From positions 1-64,000 of the forward strand of contig CAUYUJ010000001.1 in NCBI GenBank assembly GCA_963575745.1: a stretch of DNA of 64,000 nt. Direction: 5' to 3'. The position numbers were made by a program, and so were the translations under genes. Below the pieces are notes generated by a model. That model did not search any database and was not told the DNA's origin. It was given only the letters and a program-made list of their open reading frames with translations. Shown here one piece after another: positions 63,793 through 64,000 of the stretch. Source of the DNA: Prorocentrum cordatum. Lineage: Eukaryota. Every line of letters starts with the position of its first letter. The first letter of the stretch is position 1.

Positions 63793-64000
63793 ATGTCTGG
63801 CCGTGCTGGAGGTTATGGCAGCAAGGGCGGCGGCCAGGGCCGCAAGGGCGGCGGCAAGGGCAGCGCGGGCAGCGGCCACAGCGGGCAGAGTGGCAGCACT
63901 CCACCGTGGGCTGTGCCGCCGCCGCCACCAGGATGGTGGTGCCCGACGTGCGGAGGCCTCAATGGCCCGTCGGACCTGCTCTGCCGCACGTGCATGCCCC
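63793..64000 (+). CDS. 5' part of a probable LINE ORF1 (Gly/Lys-rich, then RanBP2-type zinc finger), running off the window
   Basis: MSGRAGGYGSKGGGQGRKGGGKG...WWCPTCGGLNGPSDLLCRTC (W-x-C-x2-C-x3-N-x6-C-x2-C), 310 nt after the SL. Not in the supplied ORF track because it has no stop in the window. Confidence 0.75.
   Translation, partial: MSGRAGGYGSKGGGQGRKGGGKGSAGSGHSGQSGSTPPWAVPPPPPGWWCPTCGGLNGPSDLLCRTCMP

Overview
GC-rich eukaryotic genomic DNA, almost certainly from a dinoflagellate. Two perfect 22-nt dinoflagellate spliced-leader (DinoSL) copies and GC/GA intron donors support this; a Prorocentrum-like source is only my inference. The backbone is one host gene, an acyl-CoA dehydrogenase, seen as 7 small exons (549 nt, 183 codons in one continuous frame) between 13379 and 62544, with 3.5-14.8 kb introns. 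The introns and flanks hold: (i) a tandem array of ~442-bp units, each carrying a type III hammerhead ribozyme on the minus strand with complementary loops (retrozyme-like; the main finding); (ii) a full-length LINE (ORF1; APE-RT-RNase H) and the 5' end of a second probable LINE, both starting exactly at a DinoSL and sitting in (TCC)n tracts; (iii) a complete tyrosine-recombinase retrotransposon with split direct repeats that encodes a cytosine methyltransferase and an extra small membrane-type ORF; (iv) a Penelope-like RT with no visible endonuclease, between direct repeats; (v) a PIF1-helicase fragment next to a 160-bp satellite; and (vi) many MITEs and microsatellites. Most other ORFs in the supplied track are low-complexity artefacts. 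All calls come from reading the sequence by eye; no searches or folding programs were run.
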